Below, piece after piece: positions 1-19,531 of a stretch of DNA of 64,000 nt (position 1 is its first letter; each line of letters begins with the position of its first letter). A program made the position numbers and the translations under genes. Below the pieces are notes generated by a model. That model did not search any database. It had not been told where the DNA came from and was given only the letters and a program-made list of their open reading frames with translations. The DNA comes from Amoebidium appalachense (lineage: Eukaryota > Protista > Ichthyosporea). The stretch is from contig CAVNZM010000013.1 of assembly GCA_963693365.1 (NCBI GenBank), positions 3,314,722-3,378,721 of the forward strand, written 5' to 3'.

Positions 1-104
1 CACCCACCCACCACCCATCCACACACAAAACCCTCACCCCCTTCCCCCAGCCACCCATATCAGAACGCATAGACAAGAAACGAAAAACGAAATACGACAC
101 CTAC

Positions 105-410
105 CATGCCAAACGTCTTGGTGGGTGTGTTCACGGACACGAAAATCAGCTGGCTGTCCTGGATAGCCTTGTCGACATCCGTGGAGAAGAAAAGGTTGCG
201 CCCACGGCACTGCTTGACAACCTCATCCAGGCCGGGCTCGTAAATGGGGAGCTTGTCACTGTTCCAGGCGTCAATACGCTGCTGGGAGAGATCCACCACA
301 GTGACGGTAATATCGGGGCACTTGAGTGCAATTACCGCCATGGTCGGGCCACCGACATAGCCGGCGCCGATGCAGCAAATCTTGGTAATGGTGGGCGTGG
401 GGTTACACAT
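105..410 (-). CDS. UGDH: UDP-glucose 6-dehydrogenase, first coding exon (gene continues off the left end)
   Basis: Translation [23 protein letters not shown]...[11 protein letters not shown]...[34 protein letters not shown]...[15 protein letters not shown] has the Rossmann GxGxxG and eukaryotic UGDH motifs. The frame ends at a phase-0 donor ATG|GTAGGT (104-99). Confidence 0.96.
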
Positions 411-526
411 TTTCCTGTGTGTTTGTAACTACAACGACACTCGAGTGGGTGTGTGGATTCTGTGAACGTGTGCTCGTGTGTAACTGTGCCCGAACGCTAC
501 CGTGGCTAGAGTGATGGCTTGGAGGC

Positions 527-596
527 TTTTATATTGCGTGGGTCCCCTTGGCAACTCCGCGGCGACATTCCTCAAATGCTGGATTGATTCCATTGG
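527..596 (-). promoter_or_regulatory. Putative UGDH core promoter: TATAAAA (533-527) and CCAAT (596-592)
   Basis: Both motifs are on the minus strand about 120 and 185 bp upstream of the UGDH ATG, in the usual order. Confidence 0.5.
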
Positions 597-2396
597 TTAA
601 TGCTCCAAAACTCAGTCGGACCTGACCGACAGGCAGAAAAATGACAAGGATATATCGATGCAAAAATCATACAGTTCTACGCGAGCGTAGACTTTTCTGC
701 TACTAGCAAAGCACTGAAAAAACAGGATATATATTAATCACTGTGTACGTTGGGCGGTGTTTTTTAGTGCTATAATAATATCACAATGCTGTGGAAGCAA
801 AACACTTCGCTTTACGTATTTGGTATTTCTGTTGTTGGCCGTTGTCCATAAAACGACATTGTGATTGGTGCTTAGTCATTTGACCTTTTTCTATTGTCGA
901 CCTGATGAATGGCTCGTCATTGGCTGTGAAAATTATTACGACCAATTTGATTGGTGTGAATAAATTCGTAGCATTCCAAGTGGGCTTATCATGGTGGGTC
1001 GGGCGGTGCAACGTTGGTACAAGTTTCACATACTCGTTTATACATTAAAGTTTTGAAGTTTTCACAACTTAAAGAAAATACAACTGAATACTAAATTTTA
1101 CATACTAAGAATAAATATTTGTGACAGGAACACAGCTCAATCTAGACCAGCGTTTGCGCTCCTAGCATGCATGGTCCATCTTTCTAGCGTTTTCACATAA
1201 TCGATCTATGTAAGAAGTACGCCAATAAGAAGTTGTTATCAAAAGCTTAATTTGGTTATAGTGCATTCCATGAGCAATCAAACGCCAATTAAAATACGTT
1301 CATCTACAGCACACGTGCCCAATAAAATTTTGAAACGGACATATAAGGATTTTGGGATAGGTGTGCTCAAATTTCGAAACAGTATCTCGCTATATCAAAT
1401 CATGCGAATTCCAGGTTCCACGATTCCACCTGAGGCTGAAGTTAGCTTCAAAATATAACAGAAATGTATAACCCATTATATATTTATCATTAATCCAATT
1501 TCTTTCCTGATATAAGAAAAAACAAACATTATCAAAACTCTTGAATGACTGTAATCATATTTATCATAAAGTTATCAATATCAAAACTATTTATTTCCCT
1601 TTAGTTGAGATAAAGAATTGAAAATATGAAAGAATGTTAGAAGTTAACTGTGCTGCGTACGAATCATGCCGTGCGCCCCCGGCTCTCGATCGAGACTCAA
1701 CGACGTCAACGTGTCGTGTACACGTGTAAGCGTGTCTCAGTGGAACGTTTGAACATTACCATTAGTACTGCTATAGAGCTGAAAATTTGGTGCTCCCCGC
1801 GAATATACACATGTGTACATTCGTGAAGGGACAGTGTTGGGGTGGTACAGAACAGCCTGCGTCGATGAAGACATGCCATCGTGACTGATGCAAATGGACA
1901 AGTGTTCAGTGACATGCATCGGGTGAGGCAGGCGAGTGAGTAGCCATTGATATAGGCAAGTAGCCTCATTACATATACAACCCGCGGTTGAAATACATGA
2001 GCACCTTAATCTCTCACTCCCTGACCACGTTTAAGCGAATATACCCCCCTCCCCCCCCCTCCCCCTCTCCGGGGGCCCCTCTTCCCCCCTCCCCCCTCTC
2101 TCACCCCCCTCCCCCCCCTCGCCTCTTTTTGGCCTTCCCTTGCTTCATGGTTCCCCCTCCTACCCCCCGCTCCCCATACCCTCTCCCTCTCCCTCTATCT
2201 TTCTCGTCCTACTCTGTCTCCCTCTCTCCCCATGACTCTCATTCTCCCTCCCTCTCCCTCTTTCGCTCTCGCCATCATCCCCCCCCCTCCCCCCCCCCCC
2301 TCTCCCGGCGCCCCACCTTCTCATTCACCTTTTCCCCCTCCCTTTCTCCCCGCCCACTCCCTCTCCTCGCTCTCACTTTTCTTTTTATGTTCTTCT

Positions 2397-2434
<38 letters not shown>

Positions 2435-2764
2435 TCCCTTTTCTCCCTCCACACCCGAGGGCCTATCCTGGCTGTTCCCAGGTTGTGTACACACGTGTGG
2501 CAAGACATAATGTTGCTGGCAATGGGTATCTTGCCCGTGTGATAAGTCACAACGATTCCTTGGGTTCTTTTTCCTGTGCCAGAAACAGTTTCAACCGTGT
2601 CCCCAATAGGGTCACCCTCTCTCCGCCCTAGACCCCCCCCACATCTTTACTTCCATGCAACCGGGCATGGTTGCTCTGTGTCGTGCATCTGTAAGCACAT
2701 ACGCGTTTGTCGCTGCACTGCATTAGTTTGCACATACATCTTCACCGTTTTGCTCACCTTGCTT

Positions 2765-3040
2765 GCATAAGCAACCCTGCTCGTCTTTGATCAAGACGGG
2801 TTGACCCACCCAAGTTCAGTTGATGCTGCTGTCTGAGTTGGAGCGTCGTATATACGCGGGCTAAGGGGTCGAAACTCAGACGCAATTGATGACTTGGGCC
2901 CTCCCTGAGGATGGGCTCTGCTTATGACGCATACTGTGCGCATGGCTGATGCTGCATACTTGAATGTTTGCCTTTGCATGTGTCCTGCACCATGCTTCTC
3001 ATCGTGTATGCGTACTTCGTACTGTGTTCCGCATTCAAAA
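2765..3040 (+). mobile_element. Repeat family A, full copy 1: structured head (2765-2930) plus ~110-bp tail
   Basis: Collinear with 11344-11565 by eye. Shared blocks are CTCGTCT.TGATCAAGACGGGT, GACCCACCCA, TGAGTTGG, GGGTCGAAACT, CTGAGGATGGG and CTTATGAYGCA. Confidence 0.7.
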
Positions 3041-3249
3041 CCCCCCCCCCCTCCCCACATCCCCCCACTGCACACTCACCAAACCTCTTGTCCCCAATGT
3101 TTTCCTGCACCGTTTCTTCACGCTTTTGTTTTTCTACTTCTCCTCCCCTCTCTCCCCTCCCCCTTCGATCCCCCCAGTGACGTGCCCCCCCCCCCCCCCT
3201 CCCCCCCCCCCCCCCCCCCTTGCCCCCTCCCCTCAAAAAGAATAGGTTC

Positions 3250-3345
3250 CGCTTATGTTGCATGCTGTTGTTGCATACTTGAATGTTTGCTTTGGCATGG
3301 GGTCCTGCACCGTGCTTCTCATCTAGTTGTACTTCATGCCGTGTT
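3250..3345 (+). repeat. Repeat family A, tail-only copy (local duplicate of 2920-3020)
   Basis: gcttatgttgcatgc...tgcatacttgaatgtttgc...gtcctgcacc.tgcttctcatc...gtacttc is nearly identical to 2920-3020. Confidence 0.7.
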
Positions 3346-3450
3346 ACACACGGTAAATGCTCCATTTCTCCCCCCCCCCCCCCCCTCCCCCCCCCCCCCC
3401 CCCTCCCTCCCTCCCTCCCTCCCCCCTCCCTCCCTCCCCTGTGTTCCAGC

Positions 3451-3516
<66 letters not shown>

Positions 3517-3690
3517 CACACACACACAGTGTCTCATGTCCATCGCTCTCTCTTTCCCCCCAGTCTCCTTTTCTCCCCTTCCCCCCTCCCCCCTCCCTCT
3601 CTCCGTCTTTCATACACACACCCTCTCACTCTCTCTCTCTCTGTGTGTGTGTCTGCTCTTTATCAGGACACGCCCACCTACCCACACTCA

Positions 3691-3722
<32 letters not shown>

Positions 3723-4001
3723 ACACACACACACTACACACGTGCGCACACCACTTGCCACCACTTCAACCGTCATAATTGCACTTCAACGGAGGCTGAT
3801 TGAACAAAACCTTTACTCAAATTTATTGGTCTTAAGCGGTACATATGTATGTTGGTATTGATTCGATTCAATTGTCTAATCAAGTTTTTTTTGTTATTTT
3901 TAATATGGGGAGGGCGGACACACACAATACAAGAAGTGTGCCTTATTCTTCAAGCCAAACAAGATGCTTAATTGGTTCAATGTCACGGTCTCCCCTGTCC
4001 T

Positions 4002-4032
<31 letters not shown>

Positions 4033-4197
4033 ACACACACACACCTTACATTTTTTTTTCTTCCATGCAGACTTTCTGGGGTACTCGTCGTGTCTATCTA
4101 GCAGCGGAATCCGAGCGTGTTTTTGGCTTCCTGCTGCTGACAGATATTTCAATCTACGAAATTTTTTCATTCGGAAAATTGATGTATCTAAGAGAAG

Positions 4198-4734
4198 ATG
4201 TCTTCATTGCTCTGTCTCCGTAAACCGCTTCCCGCTCTCTGGAAAACCAATTTCGTGCGAAATTTCTGCACGAAATCCCCCTCTCAAGGATTCGACCCGA
4301 AGGATTTTGCCGTGGGTGTCTTCGTCGAAACTAAGAGGACATTCTCCCCGGAAGAGGTTAAGTTGTTTTCCGAACTCTCGGGCGATAACAACCCGGTGCA
4401 CGTTAACGAAGAATACGCAAAGACTACCCGATTTGGAAGGTGCATCGTGCACGGTGCTTTAATGAACAGTGTTATATCCGCCCTTCTTGGAACCCGCCTC
4501 CCGGGCCCGGGGTCTATTTATATCTCGCAAACGGTTCGCTTTAAGCGGCCGCTCTATGTAGGGGAGGAAATGACTGCGCGTGTTAGGTGTTTAAAGATAG
4601 GTGTGGATAAACCTATTGCGCACTTTAGCACCGAGTGCTTTAACGATAGGAATGAGGTGTGTATGGAGGGCGAAGCTGTGGTGGGGCTGCCGAAGGAGTT
4701 TGTGCGTGCGGGCCGCAGGGGGTTAAAGGAGTGA
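4198..4734 (+). CDS. HTD2: Mitochondrial MaoC-like hotdog-fold dehydratase (3-hydroxyacyl-thioester dehydratase / (R)-enoyl-CoA hydratase type), intronless
   Basis: Hydratase-2 motif FSELSGDNNPVHVNEEYAK with the Asp/His dyad, followed by FG..IVHGAL, ISALLGT.LPGPG and F.RPLYVGE. The N-terminal ~30 aa are basic and free of acidic residues, like a mitochondrial presequence. Confidence 0.88.
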   Translation: MSSLLCLRKPLPALWKTNFVRNFCTKSPSQGFDPKDFAVGVFVETKRTFSPEEVKLFSELSGDNNPVHVNEEYAKTTRFGRCIVHGALMNSVISALLGTRLPGPGSIYISQTVRFKRPLYVGEEMTARVRCLKIGVDKPIAHFSTECFNDRNEVCMEGEAVVGLPKEFVRAGRRGLKE

Positions 4735-5069
4735 AGGTTTTTTAAATTTTAAGTTTTGTGGATTTTTTGATTTTGAAAATTAAAACGATTAGCGGTACGA
4801 TGTATAGGGAACTGCAACGGTTATGAATAAGGGAATGGCCAAAGAGCGATGTCGTTTTCAGATGTTTTTTTTACAATTTTGCTTTTTATTTTTTATTTAT
4901 TCATTTTTTTTAAAAAAAGTCTTTTTGTTAATCATTTTTTTAGATTAGCTACCTGCGTTTTTATTTCTTGATTGGCTGCTTTCCCCCCCTCGGAAACCTT
5001 TTACTGACAGAAATAATTGACGTATTTCAGAATCTGTGAGATGGCCCACTTTTTTCAGCCTTACTCCCT

Positions 5070-5670
5070 CCCCCCCCCCCCCCCCCCCCCCCCCTTTCCT
5101 GCTGGGGGGCCGGGAGGGACAGTAAGGACGTGTGTGCAAGTTGTCAGTACTCTAAACAGACATGAATGTAGACCCCCTTGCTCTTGCTCCGTGGCTGTGC
5201 CACGGTATACAGGGGATCACCGATAAAAATTTTCTTTAGACTAAGTGTGTAAATCGAATGTTTGCTAAAAGGTTCAACCTAGCCCCCCCCCCCAAACCCC
5301 CTCTCTCTCCTGCAAGTTGTACCGCCACCCCCGGCAGCTGGTCTAACCTTCGTCTCGAGCTTGCCAAATATAGGTTGCTGAAGAAACTTGGTTACCGTAG
5401 CTTGCAACCATATGCAGGGCCTGCTGCCGCCATTGAGTATACGTAGACTCAGTCTTTGTCTACTGTGATGTTTTTATAGTGTTGTGTACGTGTCACAATG
5501 GTTTGTGTACCACGGGGTGGGTGGGTTCAACTTGGGTGGCGTAGGGGTGGGAGTTGGGGGGGGGGGGATTGTAATACAGTTCAGGTGGATGTAAGGGGGT
5601 ACCTGCAGGATGCGGGTGCGTGCATGGGTGGATGTGCAGCTGCAGGTACATGTGTGTGTGTGTTGGGGGA

Positions 5671-5704
<34 letters not shown>

Positions 5705-5897
5705 CACCGTGCCGGCGCCATGGGCGACATGGGGAAGCCCGTGGAGGGGGGGCCGGGGGGGGGGGGGGGAGGGGGGAGGGGGGGGGGGGGGATCTTCGAA
5801 TTCGCATGTTTCTGGGCTACGTTATCCCCTGGTTTCGAATTTGATTTGTTGCCGTTTCTGAAGGCCACTCCGATTGCAGGTCTCATTTTCTCGGTGA

Positions 5898-5928
<31 letters not shown>

Positions 5929-5980
5929 CGTTGGCCCCCCCCTAGATGGCCACCCATGGACTCCCGCATCATGATACAAA

Positions 5981-6014
<34 letters not shown>

Positions 6015-7007
6015 TCCCCCCCCGGGCCGTTTCCCCTCATCCCCCCGTGGCACCACCACCACCACCACAAACATATCACAGCTTTCCCACCGCTGTGCTC
6101 AGACTTGCACGTGCATACTCGTAAGTTCACATGGCATACAGTAACATCATGCAAAGTGACAGAAGCAGCCAGAGTGCTTTCCTAATTTGGTGATGAACCG
6201 TGACTTTCCGCTCCACAAACACCATACCGCTTCTTTCGCCATTGCATTGCTTCGAATGTGCGTGTTCCGATGAAGTGGGCAGAAAACGTCTCTGGCCCCA
6301 CTTTGACCCCCAGCCCTTTTTAATTAAACCTCGTTTTCAAAGTATTGCGCTACAAAGTGTCTAAGGAAAAAGGAATCAGCAGGCGTGTGGAGAATTAACA
6401 GTAGTGGAGTTTTGGGGAGGGGGGCCCGGGAGTGGTCGTCTGAGGGTTTTGAGGGGAAACCCGCCAAACAGCTCCAATATTTTTTTTTTAATACTCACCC
6501 GGGACGAGTTTTCAGTCTGAGAATGTGAAATTTCGAGGACGTCCCCACCCCCCCCCCCCCCCCCCCCCCCCCCCCACCCCCCACCCCACCTTCCCCTCCT
6601 CGCCTTCTTTCTCCCCCCCCCCCCCCCCCCCCTTCCACCCAGCGTACCCGGTGCGCCCCCCTCCCCCCCCCCCCCCCCCCCCGGGCAAACACACGCACAG
6701 TGTCACACACCCACATTCAACTTAGGCACACACGAGCCCATACACAAAGCATGCTGCGCGAAAATACACACACACACACACACACACACTCACACACACT
6801 CACACAAACACACACTCCTACACACAATCACACACACACACAATGTCATATTGCACGCACATACGCACACACGCTCACACTGCCACACACACACACCACA
6901 CACACAAACACACGCACACGCGTGCACGTGCACACACACACACACACACACAAGCACACACAAATACACGCAGACAACACACGCACACACACACACACAC
7001 ACGGACG

Positions 7008-7041
<34 letters not shown>

Positions 7042-7084
7042 AGCACACACAAATACACACACACAACACATGCACACACACACA

Positions 7085-7119
<35 letters not shown>

Positions 7120-7820
7120 GCACACACAAATACACGCACACAACACACGCACACACAAATACACGCACACAACACACGCACACACGCACACACACACACA
7201 CACACAGACGCACACACGCACGCATACATGCACACAAACACCGTGACTCATCCACACATGCATGAACAGTCTCATCCGCGAATGCCTTCTCTTATCACCT
7301 TGGTATATCATCCATCAGGTCGATTAACATCATTATGTTTTAATTTAGACCCAGTACCACTTCTCATGAGCCCCACATCACTGCTTCCGCACAGTAGATG
7401 ATGAGGGTCATGAGTGTTATGGTAAGGCCATATGCCAATTCCATTAACCGCACTCAAAGACAAAGAAACATCGTTTAGAAGCAAACTGAGAGTACTATGG
7501 GAGCTGAGAAAGAACCGGGTGTTGGTGGGACTGCTTAGCGTAAGAGAGGTAGAGAAAACGCCTCATCTCACAACACATGCACACAAAACCATTATCAAAC
7601 TTGAACACTCACCCAAGACACGCCACGGCATGATCCCTCATGATCCCAGGGCGATGCAAAGTGGTTTGGTGGTTTGTGCAAAGCATCTGTCATTGAATGC
7701 TGTGAGTACGGCTACAGCGCTTCCCACTACGGTCTCAGACACAAAAGACAAAAAAACACTGGTTGAAACAGCGAATTAATTCCATAACATAAAAATGTAC
7801 TTTTCGTTGATATATTTGAG
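5070..7820 (+). other. Probable spliced transcription unit of unresolved coding potential
   Basis: Short non-repetitive islands are bounded by plus-strand acceptors and donors (ggcag| ~5338, TCG|GTGAGC ~5893, cacag|...|GTAAGT 6081-6121, aacag| 7269, GAG|GTAAGG 7820) and separated by C/CA tracts like those in confirmed introns. No continuous frame could be built. Confidence 0.3.
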
Positions 7821-9487
7821 GTAAGGTACCGGTTGGCAGTCACACTACCACCAACGGTTGTTTATGCAGTTGGCAGGTTTGGGGGGAAGCAAGGAGCTTT
7901 TGATGATGCACAACAATCCAATCAGATTGATTAAAACAATACCGTATATGTTTAAAGATAAAACGCTTAACTCTGGAATGCAATCTCAGCCACGGAATCC
8001 AATCAGAAACCGTTATTATGCGTCACCTTGTTTGCGTCATCACGAAACTGTAAAATAATTCTTTTCTTTTTTTAATAAACATCCACTAGATATCCTACTT
8101 TTGTGACGTTCTATAAACTTGTTTGTTGAATGTTGAAAGGCTGCTCATTTAGACTTATATTTTTTGCGTATTAGATTCGAAACAAAACCTTCAGCTGAAT
8201 TAAAGGTAGTTAAAAATAGCTATAATAAAAAAAGCTAAAAGTTGCTATCAATACTATGATACAGAACTGCCCCTAACTAAGGTTAGTATATCACAGGTTA
8301 TCCACAAAAGTGATTTGAAATTAGACTTTTGTTGATTTCTACCGGCGCTCGCAGGGGACACGGTCACTCCATGGATCAGGGCCAAAGTCACGCAACTTGA
8401 AAAAGAAGCCTCGCCATTCTCAGTGATTTGTCACGTTTTCTGACAGACAACATCATAATGAATACTGAACTGACGTGTGAAGACACCGTATACGTCTCTG
8501 AGTAGCGCTCTTAGAGTAATATATCCAGACATCTGTCCGTTTGCGAAAGTCCTACAGCACCAGAACATCAGGTAGCACTACGCCATTATCGAATTCCACC
8601 CCACTACTGTTTGGACCCAAGAACATCATTGGTGGGTGACACTTTAGTGTGAAAAAACTAATTTTCACGCTGCTCTGGGCATTGGGGTTGAGTAAAATGT
8701 ATAGATTGACAAACAAGCTTCTGAGCGTTATTTCCCTTTCGAAGCATCTGTTTTCAATGTTTTAATCGCATGCCTGACTTGTGTTGACACAAATACCGAT
8801 GTGTGCATGTTTCCTTTGACATTTTTGATACATTCTTGTTCGCAGTAACTGATGAGTTACAGGGCGAAATCGCCGAGCTCGTGAACTGCCACATTTGTTG
8901 CGAAAACGGAGCACAGGGTGCACTCTTTCTTCCTTGTTTCCTTTCTTACCATTCCAGTTTCTAAGAGCCCTTGCCTTTAAGTGAAGATGGTTCGCCAAGG
9001 GGGATGGTGGACACCTTCCTTTAAAGGCAAGTGCTGTTGACGCAATACACGAAGAGTGTGGGCATGGGATCTAACAAGCGTTCGAGCTTTGAGACACCTA
9101 CACAGAAACCCGCCCATGGGATTGCATGCTCGGTTGTGTAGGCACAAGACACACACGCACAAAACACCAATACACATAAACACTCGCCCACGCGCATTCA
9201 GGCCTCTGTGCTAGCGTTACACAGTACACACATCTCGGCACGTTTCTCGAAAGTGCTCTGCATGACACTACGAACACATGATCAACACTTGTGCTTGTCT
9301 TATTCTACGTAAAGAGTTCTGCTCTTCTGAATTCCCGCATGCCTCCTCTTTCTCGCGCGTCCTGTCCTAACCACCTGGTCCTCATGCACGCACACATATC
9401 CTTACCATACTGCGAGCCACCTTAAATAACTTCCCGGTTTACCTTTCCTTTCTACCTGTTTATTACTTCTGTTGTTGCGACTTCTAG

Positions 9488-9521
<34 letters not shown>

Positions 9522-9831
9522 AAAGAAAAAAAAAAGAACAGGGACTGCCTTCTGGTTCATTGTGCATTTCGGCAAATTTCTCCTCGCTCTCCAGTCATCT
9601 CCCCCCCCCCCCCCCCCCCCGGCCCCTCCCATCCCCCCCCCCCCCTCCTCTCTCCCCCTTCCCCCTCACCAACCCTCCTCCTCGCCCCCCCCCCCCCCCT
9701 TTTTCCCTGGTGACGTCCCTTTCAGAAAGACAAAAAAATGGGCAAAAATTTAACCATGCACAAAACTGCTTCACACAAGTATAGAACCTTAGGCCAAATT
9801 GGTTAACCCCCCCCCCCCCCCCCCACACAAA

Positions 9832-9862
<31 letters not shown>

Positions 9863-9869
9863 GGCAAAG

Positions 9870-10040
9870 AAGCAGAACCCGATGTTAAGGTGGACCAAGC
9901 CGAAATAAAGCCAAAACCCGATTAAAACCAATCACCCAATCCACCAAACCAAACCCGAACTTAAAAAAAGGTTAAAAAAACCGGTATCCGAACCAAAACC
10001 AAACCAACCCAAAAAGTAACCCAAACCAAACCCATCATTA
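9870..10040. mobile_element. Possible end of a hAT-type MITE
   Basis: Dense AACC/ACCCGA/CCGAAC subrepeats end in CCCATCATTA, whose reverse complement TAATGATGGG resembles hAT termini (TAGTGATGGG). No partner end was found. Confidence 0.3.
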
Positions 10041-10051
10041 TTTAAAATCAG

Positions 10052-16855
<6,804 letters not shown>

Positions 16856-17029
16856 GTATGAGATGGTTTAATATATGAAACAAAAAACGAACACGCACGC
16901 GCACGCGAATATACACATGCACACACATGCAAACGCAGACACACACACACACAAGCAAACAAAAATGAAGAGGGGAAACACACCTGACACGAACAAACAC
17001 GAATGCACACACACACACACACACACACA

Positions 17030-17186
<157 letters not shown>

Positions 17187-17736
17187 GTATACACAAACAC
17201 CCGCGCACACTATTTGGTGCATGCTATTGGGTGGTGGCTGTGTGTGTGTGTGTTTGTGGGTGGGTGGGTGGGTGGGGGGGGGGAGGGGGAGGGGGTATAC
17301 GGGAGAAAAATCAGATGATTATTTCCACTGTTTAAGGGTAGACTGGGAATTATTTGTCATCAGAATCAATGCATTATTTGAATGCCGTTGGGGTAAAATA
17401 TATGCCAAGGTCCGTGTGTTGCATACAGTTGAATGCTACCGCCGGAAAGAGCCAAACATTCAGTGCTGATACAGGTATTGGGTTGGATCGGGGTTGCTCG
17501 GTTCAGAGGTTCGGAATTTAGGGAATAGAGAGTGTGCGTTGTTGTAGAAGGTAAAGACATTTTGCACTGGTCGGAAATGATTGTATAGTGAAATTGAGTT
17601 TGTAGAATGTTATATGCCTGTGTGCATTGTGTGCATGTGTTTATGTGTCCGTGTGTGCCTGTGTGCCTGTGTGCCTGTGTGCCTGTGTGCCTGTGCGTTG
17701 GTGGGTGCATGTGTGTGTGTGTGTGTGCGTGCGTGC

Positions 17737-17811
<75 letters not shown>

Positions 17812-18532
17812 CGCCTGCGCGCACGCGCGCACGCGTGTTTCTTGATCAATATGCGTGTGTGTTGACTCCACATTCTCCCCCCCCCCCCTCCCCCACTTCA
17901 CATTTTCCTTTCCCCTGCGGAATGGACTCCTTTGTGTTCGGGAAAAGATCAGAAGTGCTGGTGTCCTAACAAATTTCCATCCCCCCCCCCCCCCTCCCCC
18001 CCCCCCCCCCCCCACACACACACGTGCGCGCGAACACACATGTACTTACACGTACAACGTACGCTAAGGTGTGTACACACACACACTTGCACACACCGCA
18101 CAACCACAAGTGCACTTTCCACAAAAGCGACCACACATGTCCTCCTCCCCCCCCCCCCCCCCCCCCACCACCACCCCCTGCATTCACACACTCGCACACC
18201 CACCCAGAAATCTGCTACCTGCACACATGCACAAAAACACACCCACATACCTCTCCGACCCACCCACCCACCCACCCACCCACCCACCCTCTTCCACCCA
18301 TCACCACCCAGCCGCTGCGATGGTATGTCAACCCTACGCAAAATTCCCTTTGTTGCCTCCCTTTGTCTACATTGAACCTGTACAAACATACACAAACATG
18401 TATGTCCGCAAAGGCTCCTTCTCCCGCGCTCACACCTTCCCATAACCCGCTCACACGTGTGAATAGGTGGGTAGGCTTCTGAAATGTTTAGGTGATGGGG
18501 GGGGGGGGGGGGGGGGGGGGGGGGGTGTGGAA

Positions 18533-18563
<31 letters not shown>

Positions 18564-18669
18564 CTTTACGTATACCGTAGTGTGCTAGTGGGTGAGCGGG
18601 CGGATGGTGGGTGGTGGGTGTGCCAATGTGTGTGTTTGTGTGTGCCAGTATGCACTTGTGTGAGAGTGT

Positions 18670-18746
<77 letters not shown>

Positions 18747-19303
18747 CAGAGTGGGGAAAAGGAGAGAGGTGGGGAGAGGTAGGGGGAGGGGGGAGGGGGG
18801 GGGGGCGGTGGAGGGGAAGGGGGTGTTTTTTTTGTTTTTTTTTGTTTTTTTTTTTTTTTTGGGGGGGGGGGGGGGGAGTGGAAGAGGTGATGTCAGTGTG
18901 TTGGAATGCAGGGGGCTTTACGAGTGTGTGCGGATGTGCGTGCGTATGTGTAATGGTGCTCGTGTGTGTTGTTGGGTGTGTGTGTTTTTTGATCACGAGG
19001 AAAATTCGTTCAGCGTGACTGTGTATGTGGGTGTTGTGTTGCTTTGACTGATTGGTCAGTGTGTTATTGCTTACTAATGGCAAGTATGTTTGCTTTCTGG
19101 TTGGTTAGTGTCAATGTCACGCCTTACTTAACAAGGTCAAATGTGCTTTTCGTGATCTCAACGCCTTCAATCATTTAAATGGCTGATATTAATCACCCGT
19201 GTGAGCATGAGTTGAAGGGTTTGTGCATTGACGTTAGTGTCTGTGTTTGTGCTTAGATGTCCCCATGAGCTTAAGAGCCAGTGCCTGTAGAATGACTGAG
19301 TGG

Positions 19304-19358
<55 letters not shown>

Positions 19359-19369
19359 ACCACCACCAC

Positions 19370-19434
<65 letters not shown>

Positions 19435-19440
19435 ACACGC

Positions 19441-19493
<53 letters not shown>

Positions 19494-19499
19494 AAAAAA

Positions 19500-19531
<32 letters not shown>

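Noticed and set aside
642-735. Two (C/A)AGGATATAT words resembling T-DNA border cores
   Set aside because: Only 9-10 nt match, the rest of the 25-bp border is missing and there is no T-DNA cargo.
2803-2880. HDV-like ribozyme reading of family A (GGCTAAGGGGTC / GGTGAATGGGTC resemble J4/2-P2, and GACCC could be the P2 partner)
   Set aside because: No P3/L3 with the UCC motif, the would-be P1 partner is downstream, and the catalytic C is T in copy 2.
4945-5240. Minus-strand peptides (YIHVCLEY; LTDSEIRQLFLSVKG) faintly like RPP14
   Set aside because: Wrong strand and position relative to HTD2, interrupted by a stop and by poly-G, and the similarity is too short.
8838-8890. Hammerhead-core-like CTGATGAG...CGAAA (8849-8869)
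   Set aside because: Stem II is mostly G-U, and no consistent stem I/III with an NUH site can be drawn. Similar partial matches at ~902 and ~54222 also fail.
1840-9310. Exon-like frames interrupted by single TGA codons (~1866, ~7367, ~9279) suggesting UGA recoding
   Set aside because: Confirmed genes use TGG for Trp and TGA as stop (HTD2, protease homolog). The frames have no recognisable homology and no SECIS was seen, so chance or decay is sufficient.
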